32,000 bases of DNA from Formosa sp. Hel1_33_131 (GTDB lineage Bacteria > Bacteroidota > Bacteroidia > Flavobacteriales > Flavobacteriaceae). The stretch is from contig NZ_CP017260.1 of the NCBI RefSeq assembly GCF_001735745.1, positions 1,590,001-1,622,000 on the forward strand. Reading direction: 5' to 3'. The notes beneath the pieces were generated by a model. It saw nothing but the letters and a program-made list of their open reading frames with translations, was not told the DNA's origin and did not search any database. Made by a program: the position numbers and the translations under genes. Shown here in pieces: positions 8,239 to 17,100 of this stretch (its first letter is position 1; each line of letters opens with the position of its first letter).

Positions 8239-8419
8239 GCACTTCGACTGTGCTCAGTGTGACATCTAAATAAATTTAATAAAAGAATTAGTTAGTTTAG
8301 TACTTCGACTGCGCTCAGTGTGACAACCAAATGAATTTAACATGAATTACTTAATTTAGCACTTCAACCGCTCCTGCCTACCGATAGGTAGGCTCAGTGT
8401 GACAACCAAATGAATTTAA
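8239..8419 (+). repeat. Three tandem ~60-bp repeat units (starts 8239, 8300, 8359), each carrying the 25-nt GCACTTCGACTGCGCTCAGTGTGAC core
   Basis: Core copies lie at 8239-8263, 8300-8324 and 8359-8403. The third is interrupted by a ~20-nt insertion that includes an 18-nt hairpin. The inter-core segments are also related to each other. Units 2 and 3 share 27-28 identical nt (8314-8340 = 8393-8419). Confidence 0.85.
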
Positions 8420-9333
8420 AAAACCACTATTCAAGTTTAATAAAAGCAGAAGCCAAACGCCTCGGTTTTTTGTCTTGTGGTATGAGTAAGGCGGGTTTTT
8501 TAGAAGAAGAAGCCCCGCGTTTGGAGTCGTGGCTCAAAAAAAACAGCCATGGTAAAATGCAGTACATGGAAAACCATTTTGACAAACGCCTTGATCCCAC
8601 GTTGTTAGTAGAGGATTCCAAGAGTGTTGTCTCTCTTATATATAATTATTTCCCTGAAGAAACCCAACACGATCCAGAAGCCCCAAAAATTAGTAAATAT
8701 GCCTATGGCAGGGACTATCACTTTGTCATAAAAGACAAACTCAAACAACTTTTAGAATTTATAAAAGAAGAAATAGGCGAAGTTCACGGGCGTGCATTTG
8801 TGGACTCCGCACCAATTTTGGAAAAAGCTTGGGCGAAGAAAGCAGGGCTAGGATGGATTGGAAAACACAGCAATTTACTAACGCAACAAGTGGGGTCTTT
8901 CTATTTTATTGCAGAGCTTATTATTGATTTAGAATTAGATTATGATAGCCCTGTGACTGACCACTGTGGCACATGCACAGCTTGTATAGATGCCTGCCCA
9001 ACAGAAGCTATTTCTCCAGAACATGGAGTCGATGGTAGCAAGTGTATTTCCTACTTCACCATTGAGCTCAAAGAACAAATTCCGTCAGAAATGAAAGGTC
9101 AATTTGACAACTGGATGTTTGGATGTGATATATGCCAAGATGTATGCCCATGGAATCGGTTTTCAAAAGAACACTCTGAACCCTTATTCAATCCAAAACC
9201 AGAATTGTTGTCCATGACCAAACAAGATTGGGAAGAAATTACCCAAGACACCTTCTCTAAAGTATTTCAACATTCAGCAGTAAAACGCACAAAGTTTTCA
9301 GGGTTAAAAAGAAATATCGAATTTTTAAAATAA
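8410..9333 (+). CDS. queG: tRNA epoxyqueuosine(34) reductase QueG
   Basis: Two 4Fe-4S ferredoxin motifs ([23 protein letters not shown]). The WIGKHSNLL region and the ~307-aa length are typical of QueG. Confidence 0.9.
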   Translation: MNLKNHYSSLIKAEAKRLGFLSCGMSKAGFLEEEAPRLESWLKKNSHGKMQYMENHFDKRLDPTLLVEDSKSVVSLIYNYFPEETQHDPEAPKISKYAYGRDYHFVIKDKLKQLLEFIKEEIGEVHGRAFVDSAPILEKAWAKKAGLGWIGKHSNLLTQQVGSFYFIAELIIDLELDYDSPVTDHCGTCTACIDACPTEAISPEHGVDGSKCISYFTIELKEQIPSEMKGQFDNWMFGCDICQDVCPWNRFSKEHSEPLFNPKPELLSMTKQDWEEITQDTFSKVFQHSAVKRTKFSGLKRNIEFLK

Positions 9334-9367
9334 TTTTCTTTAATTTTATAAAACCTATATTACATCC

Positions 9368-11086
9368 ATGGACCGTACAAAAAAAATCATGAAAAAAGCC
9401 CTCATACTACTCGTCACGTCCACTCTATGCATTCAGTGTAACACAAAAGGTGAAACGCCCCAAGTTGACAAACCCCATGGTCTTATTGCAGAAAAAGCCA
9501 TGGTAGTTTCCGCTAGAGAAGAAGCTTCCAAAATTGGAGTCGAAATTATGAAGCAAGGCGGTAATGCTTTTGATGCCATGATTGCGACCGATTTAGCATT
9601 GTTAGTGTCATATCCCGTAGCAGGTAATATTGGTGGCGGTGGTTTTATGGTTTTTAGAATGAATGACGGCACGACGGGTAGCTTAGATTTTAGAGAAAAA
9701 GCACCTTTAGCAGCCACAAAAAACATGTACCTTGATTCAGATGGAAATGTAAATTCGGATGCAAGTAAAATAGGCGCACTTGCCGTGGGAGTCCCCGGAA
9801 CGATTGCAGGCTTATTTGAAGTGCATCAAAAATTCGGGTCACTCCCTTTTGAAAAATTGATAGAACCCGCCATTCAGTTGGCTCTTAACGGAGTTGTTGT
9901 GACAGAAAAACAAGCCAAACAATTAAACCGTTTTAAGTCCAAATTCAGGGAGGCGAACAAAAGAACGATTCTTTTAGACAAGGATTGGAAAACGGGTGAT
10001 ACGATTAGATACCCAAAGTTAGCCGAAACATTAAAGCGCATTAAAGCCAATGGGAGGAACGAATTTTATAAAGGGGAAACCGCTAATATTATAGTAGATC
10101 AGGTTCAAGAACTGGGCGGTATTATGACCAAAGAAGATTTAGCCAGTTATGAAGTCAAATGGAGAGACCCAATCACATTTATGTACAAAGGGCATAAAAT
10201 TATTTCCATGCCACCCCCTTCTAGCGGAGGCATCTGTCTTGCTCAAATTTTAAAAAGCATAGCGCCGTTTAACATAGAACAGTATCCACACAATTCAACT
10301 CAGTACATCCAACTCATAGCAGAAGCAGAACGGAGAGCTTATGCCGATCGATCCTATTTTTTAGGTGACCCAGATTTTGTCAATATACCCACAGACAGTC
10401 TGACATCTGAAAACTATCTTTCCAGAAGAATGAGTGATTTTAATTGGGAAAAAGCCACAAAGTCGAGCACACTCTCACGAGGTTCTATTCCTGGATATGA
10501 AAGTAATGAAACCACCCATTATTCAATCGTCGACCCCTTTGGAAACAGTGTTTCTGTGACCACCACCCTAAATGCTGCTTATGGATCTAAAGTTTATGTA
10601 GAAGAAGGTGGCTTCTTTTTAAATAATGAAATGGATGACTTTAGTGCAAAACCTGGAGAACCAAACATGTATGGTTTGGTCGGAGCTGAAGCCAATGCAA
10701 TCGCACCCAAAAAACGAATGTTAAGCTCCATGTCGCCAACCATTGTTGAAAAAAATGGACAACTCAAAATGGTGGTAGGCTCGCCTGGAGGCTCTACCAT
10801 TATCACCTCTGTGATGCAAAATATTCTAAATGTATTGGAGTACGATATGAGCATGCAAGAATCAGTTTCCACACCCCGATTTCACCACCAATGGTTGCCA
10901 GATAACATCAAATTTGAAACCTCTTTTGATACACTTGTTTTTAAGTCACTTAAAAAATTAGGCTACGCCATAGACCAGACGAATTCACCAATCATAGGAA
11001 AAGTAGATGCTATTTTGGTATTGCCTGACGGCAGCTTAGAAGGAGGTGCAGACCCGAGAGGCGACGATACGGCTGCAGGGTTTTAA
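9368..11086 (+). CDS. ggt: Gamma-glutamyltransferase (secreted/periplasmic)
   Basis: Autoprocessing/nucleophile site SNETTHYSIVD. GGGGFMV and GSPGGSTIIT motifs. N-terminal signal peptide. The alternative start at 9389 (MKKALILL) is equally plausible. Confidence 0.9.
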   Translation: MDRTKKIMKKALILLVTSTLCIQCNTKGETPQVDKPHGLIAEKAMVVSAREEASKIGVEIMKQGGNAFDAMIATDLALLVSYPVAGNIGGGGFMVFRMNDGTTGSLDFREKAPLAATKNMYLDSDGNVNSDASKIGALAVGVPGTIAGLFEVHQKFGSLPFEKLIEPAIQLALNGVVVTEKQAKQLNRFKSKFREANKRTILLDKDWKTGDTIRYPKLAETLKRIKANGRNEFYKGETANIIVDQVQELGGIMTKEDLASYEVKWRDPITFMYKGHKIISMPPPSSGGICLAQILKSIAPFNIEQYPHNSTQYIQLIAEAERRAYADRSYFLGDPDFVNIPTDSLTSENYLSRRMSDFNWEKATKSSTLSRGSIPGYESNETTHYSIVDPFGNSVSVTTTLNAAYGSKVYVEEGGFFLNNEMDDFSAKPGEPNMYGLVGAEANAIAPKKRMLSSMSPTIVEKNGQLKMVVGSPGGSTIITSVMQNILNVLEYDMSMQESVSTPRFHHQWLPDNIKFETSFDTLVFKSLKKLGYAIDQTNSPIIGKVDAILVLPDGSLEGGADPRGDDTAAGF

Positions 11087-11183
11087 TCTATATTTTGCAG
11101 AGCAAGTATCTATCTTAAGCTCAGGCGGGGTATCAAGTTTCTAAAAGAATAGCTCTAAAATTTCATTATTAAACTGAACTGTC

Positions 11184-11191
11184 TAACTTTG
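11184..11191 (+). promoter_or_regulatory. -7 promoter box (TAnnTTTG) for maeB
   Basis: TAACTTTG, 17 nt upstream of the ATG at 11209. Confidence 0.45.
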
Positions 11192-11208
11192 CATATCAAA
11201 CCACCAAG

Positions 11209-13491
11209 ATGTCAAAACTGAGTAAACACGATTTAGAAGCTTTAGCTTATCACGAAAAACCGTCTCCCGGAAAAATTCAAGTAGTTCCTACTAAAAAATA
11301 TGCCACCCAAAGAGACTTGGCATTGGCCTATTCTCCTGGTGTTGCGGCGCCTTGTTTGGCCATAGAAAAAACCCCCTCCGATGCTTATAAATATACAGCA
11401 AAAGGAAATCTAGTGGCTGTGATTACCAACGGAACCGCTGTTTTAGGATTGGGAAATATTGGCGCGGAAGCCTCCAAACCAGTGATGGAAGGAAAAGGCT
11501 TGCTCTTTAAAATATTTGCTGATATCGATGTGTTTGACATCGAAGTGAATACTGAAAATGTAGAAGAATTTATTCAAACCGTTAAAAATATAGCACCCAC
11601 TTTTGGAGGCATTAATTTAGAAGACATCAAAGCGCCAGAAGCCTTTGAAATCGAAAAACGACTGAAAGAAGAACTTGATATCCCTGTGATGCATGACGAT
11701 CAGCATGGAACGGCGATTATATCTGCAGCAGCCTTGTTGAATGCCTTAGAAATTGCAGAAAAAAATATTCAAGACGTACAAATTGTAGTGAGTGGTGCTG
11801 GTGCCGCCGCCATTTCCTGTACACGTTTGTACCAATCATTTGGTGCGAAGCGCGAAAATATTGTCATGCTGGATAGTAAAGGGGTGATTAGAAATGACCG
11901 TGAAAATTTAACTTCTCAAAAAGCAGAGTTTGCGACCCACAGAAAAATTGATACGCTAGAAGAAGCAATGAAAGATGCCGATGTGTTTATTGGACTTTCA
12001 ACTTCTGATATTGTGAACCCTAAGATGCTGTTGTCAATGGCAAACAATCCAATTGTCTTTGCAATGGCAAACCCAGACCCAGAAATAAAATACAATCTCG
12101 CGGTCAAAACACGTGACGATATTATCATGGCAACGGGACGAAGTGACACACCTAATCAAGTTAATAATGTACTTGGTTTTCCATTTATTTTTAGAGGTGC
12201 CTTAGATGTGAGAGCGACCTCCATTAATGAAGAAATGAAAAAAGCGGCAGTCATTGCCTTAGCAGACTTAGCAAAAGAACCGGTTCCAGAGCAAGTAAAC
12301 ATTGCCTATGGCGAAACGCGTTTGACTTTTGGAAAAGATTATATCATTCCAAAACCATTTGATCCCCGCCTCATTGCAGCGATTCCACCAGCCGTGGCAA
12401 AAGCAGCGATAGAAAGCGGTGTGGCCTTGGCACCAATTACAGATTGGGAACACTACGAAGACACCCTTTTGGAGCGTATGGGTTCCGATAATAAAATTGT
12501 AAGGCTCTTATTTAACCGAGCGAAGCTAAACCCGAAACGTGTTGTTTTTGCAGAAGCCGATCAGTTAAATGTTCTTAAAGCGGCCCAAATTGTTTTAGAA
12601 GAAGGCGTAGCAACCCCTATTTTATTAGGACGACGGGACGAAATAGAACGTCTTATGGAAGAATTAGAATTTGATGAAGAAGTGTTAATCATCGACCCTA
12701 AAGCCGATGAAAGCACTCTCCAGAAAAATAAATACGCAGAAATATATTGGAAACAACAACAGCGAAAAGGGGTGACACTCTTAGCCGCTCAAAAATTAAT
12801 GCGTGAACGCAACTATTTTGCGGCAATGATGGTCAATCAAGGCGATGCGGATGCCCTTATTTCCGGGTACTCCAGTAATTATGGGTCTGTCTTAAAACCA
12901 ATGTTAAATTTAATTGGGCTGGCACCTGGTTCCACACGAATTGCGACCACCAATGTGATGATTACACAAAGAGGACCTATGTTTTTGAGTGATACAGCCA
13001 TCAACATAAACCCTTCCGCAGACGATTTGATAAAAATTGCTCAGATGACATCTGGTGTGGTTAAAATGTTTGGTATAGAACCTGTGATGGCGATGATATC
13101 CTATTCTAACTTTGGATCATCAAAGGATAAAACGGCGACTAAAGTAAGAGAAGCGGTATCGTACCTGCATCGAAGACATCCAGATTTGTTAGTGGATGGT
13201 GAATTACAAACGGATTTTGCATTGAACAGTGAAATGTTAAAAGCGAATTTTCCGTTTTCTAAACTTGCAAACAAAAAAGTAAATACGCTTATTTTTCCAA
13301 ATTTAGAATCGGCGAATATCACCTATAAATTATTAAAAGAACTCAATAAAGCAGAATCTATTGGGCCCATCATGATGGGATTACGCAAGCCTGTTCATAT
13401 TTTACAATTAGGGGCTAGCGTCGATGAAATTGTGAATATGACTGCCGTTGCAGTCGTGGATGCACAGCAAAAAGGAAAAGCGGTGAATTAA
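11209..13491 (+). CDS. maeB: NADP-dependent malic enzyme (malic enzyme domain fused to phosphotransacetylase-like domain)
   Basis: N-terminal malic enzyme motifs ([33 protein letters not shown]) plus a ~330-aa PTA-like C-terminal domain. The 760-aa length is typical of MaeB. Confidence 0.95.
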   Translation: MSKLSKHDLEALAYHEKPSPGKIQVVPTKKYATQRDLALAYSPGVAAPCLAIEKTPSDAYKYTAKGNLVAVITNGTAVLGLGNIGAEASKPVMEGKGLLFKIFADIDVFDIEVNTENVEEFIQTVKNIAPTFGGINLEDIKAPEAFEIEKRLKEELDIPVMHDDQHGTAIISAAALLNALEIAEKNIQDVQIVVSGAGAAAISCTRLYQSFGAKRENIVMLDSKGVIRNDRENLTSQKAEFATHRKIDTLEEAMKDADVFIGLSTSDIVNPKMLLSMANNPIVFAMANPDPEIKYNLAVKTRDDIIMATGRSDTPNQVNNVLGFPFIFRGALDVRATSINEEMKKAAVIALADLAKEPVPEQVNIAYGETRLTFGKDYIIPKPFDPRLIAAIPPAVAKAAIESGVALAPITDWEHYEDTLLERMGSDNKIVRLLFNRAKLNPKRVVFAEADQLNVLKAAQIVLEEGVATPILLGRRDEIERLMEELEFDEEVLIIDPKADESTLQKNKYAEIYWKQQQRKGVTLLAAQKLMRERNYFAAMMVNQGDADALISGYSSNYGSVLKPMLNLIGLAPGSTRIATTNVMITQRGPMFLSDTAININPSADDLIKIAQMTSGVVKMFGIEPVMAMISYSNFGSSKDKTATKVREAVSYLHRRHPDLLVDGELQTDFALNSEMLKANFPFSKLANKKVNTLIFPNLESANITYKLLKELNKAESIGPIMMGLRKPVHILQLGASVDEIVNMTAVAVVDAQQKGKAVN

Positions 13492-13540
13492 CCCTCTAAA
13501 TCACTTTCTTTTTTCTTCTTAAAATATTGTATAATTTTAG

Positions 13541-13548
13541 TACATTTG
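13541..13548 (+). promoter_or_regulatory. -7 promoter box (TAnnTTTG) for ruvA (and probably sprA)
   Basis: TACATTTG, 21 nt upstream of the ruvA ATG at 13570. Confidence 0.5.
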
Positions 13549-13569
13549 AAGTTCAAAGGAAGTGAAGAT

Positions 13570-14151
13570 ATGATTACACACATTCAAGGTAAATTAGTTC
13601 AAAAAACACCCACACACGTCATTATAGATTGTAATGGCATTGGCTATTTTGTCAACATTTCACTTCATACGTTTTCTCAAATACCAGATCAAGAGGCGAT
13701 TAAAGTCTTTACACACCTTCAAGTGAAAGAAGATTCTCACACGCTGTACGGGTTTATTAGTTCTGCGGAACGAGAAATTTTCAGACTGTTAATTTCTGTC
13801 AGTGGAATTGGAGCAAACACAGCGCGCACCATGCTTTCGTCGCTCACACCCAAACAAATTAGAGAAGGAATTGCCGTTGGAGACGTTGCTTTGATACAAT
13901 CGGTTAAAGGCATTGGCCTTAAAACAGCACAAAGAGTCATCATCGATTTAAAAGATAAAGTTCTTAAAATTTACGATATTGATGAAACTTCCTTGTCTCA
14001 AAACAATACAAACAAAGATGAAGCGTTATCTGCTTTAGAAGTTTTGGGTTTTATGAAAAAACAATCCGAACGCATTGTCGAAAAGATCGTAATATCTACG
14101 CCGGATGCCACCGTAGAATTTATTATTAAGGAAGCGCTTAAAAACCTGTAA
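13570..14151 (+). CDS. ruvA: Holliday junction DNA helicase subunit RuvA
   Basis: Canonical N-terminus MITHIQGKL...IDCNGIGY and two helix-hairpin-helix motifs (VSGIGANTA, VKGIGLKTAQRV). The TTG at 13546 used by the ORF track lies inside the -7 box and adds a non-homologous extension. Confidence 0.9.
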   Translation: MITHIQGKLVQKTPTHVIIDCNGIGYFVNISLHTFSQIPDQEAIKVFTHLQVKEDSHTLYGFISSAEREIFRLLISVSGIGANTARTMLSSLTPKQIREGIAVGDVALIQSVKGIGLKTAQRVIIDLKDKVLKIYDIDETSLSQNNTNKDEALSALEVLGFMKKQSERIVEKIVISTPDATVEFIIKEALKNL

Positions 14152-14156
14152 CTCAT

Positions 14157-17100
14157 TTGAAAATTACTAGCCATAAATCTTGTTTTAAAAGACTCTTTCT
14201 TGGAGTTCTATTACTGAGTTTCAACTCAGTCTTATTTGCACAAGAACCTGCGACTGTTAGAGACTCTACATCTACCACATTTTCATTTGGAAAACTAGAC
14301 ATCCCAGATCCAGCGAGTATCGAAAGTAAATACACCTACGATCCACTCACAGATAGGTATTTCTACACCTCAACTGTTGGAGATTTTAACATTAATTACC
14401 CAGTCATATTAACGCCAAAAGAATTTCAAGACTTAGTGGTCAAAGAAAGCTTGAAAGCCTATTACAAAGAAAAACTAGATGCGCTTGACGGAAAAAAAGA
14501 AGGCTCTGAAGAAGCTAAGAAAAACCTAATTCCAGATTTATATATCAACTCCAAATTTTTTGAAACCATATTTGGGAGCAATGTAATCTCCGTAGTTCCA
14601 CAAGGGTCTGTCGAAATGGACCTCGGAGTAATGTACACCAAACAAGAAAACCCTGCGTTTTCACCAAGAAATCAAAGTAATTTTACGTTTGACTTCGATC
14701 AACGAATTAGCTTAAGTTTGACAGGTAAAGTTGGGACACGATTAAAAGTCAATGCCAATTATGACACCCAATCCACGTTTGATTTTCAGAACTTATTTAA
14801 AATTGAATACACACCGCTTAACAATCCAGAAGAACTGCTTGGCGAAAGAGGAAGGGAATTGCTTGGCCAAGGAAAAGAACTGTTGAACAAAGGAAGGCAA
14901 TTAGAGGATCAAGGACGACAATTACTTTCTGACCCAACAGGGGCAGCAAAAGGCCTTGCGCAAAAGGAATTAAACAAACTGAATTCAGATAACGAAGATT
15001 CAATTTTACAAAAACTCGAATTGGGTAATGTAAGTATGCCTCTCAACAGTTCTCTTATCACAGGAGCGCAAAGTTTATTTGGTGTAAAAACAGAACTACA
15101 GTTTGGTAAGACCAGAGTGACAGCCGTATTTTCGGAGCAACAATCCGAAACACGTTCGGTCACAGCACAAGGCGGAGGCACTTTAGAAGACTTTGAGTTT
15201 TTTGGCTTGGATTACGATGAAAATAGACACTTTTTTCTTGCTCAATACTTTAGATCTGAATACGATGATGCACTTAAAAACTATCCATTTATCAACTCCC
15301 AAGTTCAAATTACAAGGGTAGAGGTTTGGGTCACCAACAGAACCAATCAAATTCAAAATGTCCGAAACATTGTTGCCTTACAAGATTTAGGGGAGTCTTC
15401 AGTGATTGGGTTAACATCCATTCCTGGAGGCTTCGTCAATCAAGAGGCTGAAGCGTATCCGGATAATAAAAATAATAAATTTGACCCTACAAAGATTGGT
15501 GGGCCTGGCTCTCTGCTTTCAGACGCTATTCGTGATATTGCCACGGTACAATCCGGATTTCTAATCCCTGGAGTCAACGAGGGATTTGATTATGGCAAAC
15601 TTGAAAATGCACGTAAATTAACAGAAGGCAATGAGTTTTCTGTAGACACACAATTAGGTTATATTTCTTTAAATCAACGGCTTCAGAATGATGAGGTTCT
15701 TGCGGTTGCGTATCAATATACGATCGGAGATAAAGTGTATCAAGTTGGGGAATTTGCCAATGACGGACTCGCTGCAACGGATGTTGAGGTAGATCTGAGT
15801 ACAGGCAACCAAACCGTTACCAATCAGAGTTTAGTTCTGAAAATGCTAAAAAGTGCAGTCACCAACGTCAACCTTCCTACTTGGGATTTGATGATGAAAA
15901 ATATTTATAATACAGGGGCTTATCAATTGTCTCAAGACGATTTTAGATTAAATATTTTCTATAACGAAACATCAGCACTCAACTTTATAACCCCCGTAAG
16001 TGGCACACCATTTCCAGCACCAATAGGAAATAATGACCCCATAGAGGAAACCCCTTTAATCCGATTGTTTAATTTTGATAGATTGAACTTTAATAACGAT
16101 CCTCAGAACAAAGGAGATGGATTTTTTGATTTTGTTCCAGGGGTGACCGTCATCCCTCAAAACGGAAAAATCATATTCACCAAAGTGGAACCTTTTGGAA
16201 GTTTTCTATTTGAAACTCTTAGAACAACTGGTTCAGAAAACTATGAAGGTGATGAATCAATACTAGGGTTTTATAATCCAAATCAAGCAAAATACGTTTA
16301 CAGATCGCTCTATAAAAACACCAAAACAGCGGCTTTACAGGACAGTGATAAAAATAAATTTTTGATGCGGGGACGCTATAAATCTTCTGGAGGTTCGGGC
16401 ATTCCGATTGGCGCTTTTAATGTACCACGAGGCTCTGTAAAAGTAACTGCAGGAGGGCGTGTACTTGTAGAAGGCGTTGACTATACCGTGAATTATCAGA
16501 TTGGAACCGTCCAAATTTTAGATCCATCCCTGCAAGCTTCCAACACTCCCATTCAGGTGTCGGTTGAAAACAATGCGGTTTTTGGACAACAAACAAAACG
16601 CTTTTCAGGAATTAATGTAGAGCACCAATTCAACGAAAATTTTGTGTTAGGCGCCACCGTCTTAAACTTAAATGAACGTCCCATTACTCAGAAAGCGAAT
16701 TATGGGAGCGAATCAATCAACAATACTATTTTTGGGTTTAATGGAAACTACTCCACCGAAGTGCCATTCCTCACCCGATTGGCGAACAAATTACCAAACA
16801 TAGACACTGATGTTGAATCCAATCTATCCCTTCGAGGAGAGTTTGCGTATCTAAGACCAGGAGCCCCAAAAGGCACCGATTTTGACAGTGAAGCAACTTC
16901 TTATGTCGATGATTTTGAAGGCTCCCAAAATGGCATCAGTTTATTAAGTCCACAATCATGGTTTTTATCAAGTCGACCTAAAAACCTCGGACGTGTGTAT
17001 GCAGAAGGTGCTGAAGATGTTGCGGGTTATCAAAATGGATTTGACAGAGCCCACTTGAACTGGTACTCCGTCGATCCTATTTTTTACAGTGGTCAACGCC

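Larger units (their letters stand above)
7879..8263. mobile_element. Putative miniature selfish element: GIY-YIG nuclease gene bracketed by 25-bp imperfect inverted repeats
   Basis: GTCAGGCTGAGCGCAGTCGAAGCCC at 7879-7903. The reverse complement of 8239-8263 is GTCACACTGAGCACAGTCGAAGTGC, which matches it at 20/25 positions in inverted orientation. The pair encloses only the small GIY-YIG ORF. Confidence 0.4.

Noticed and set aside
8239-8403. CRISPR-like geometry: three ~25-nt repeats separated by ~35-nt spacers
   Set aside because: The spacers are homologous to each other, so this is a 60-bp tandem repeat rather than unique spacers. The repeats are degenerate and one is interrupted. An inverted copy lies upstream of the GIY-YIG gene, and there are no cas genes or leader in the window.
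13546-13569. TTG at 13546 as the ruvA start, as in the ORF track
   Set aside because: It lies inside the TACATTTG -7 box and adds MKFKGSED ahead of the canonical RuvA N-terminus MITHIQGKL. The ATG at 13570 is the better call.
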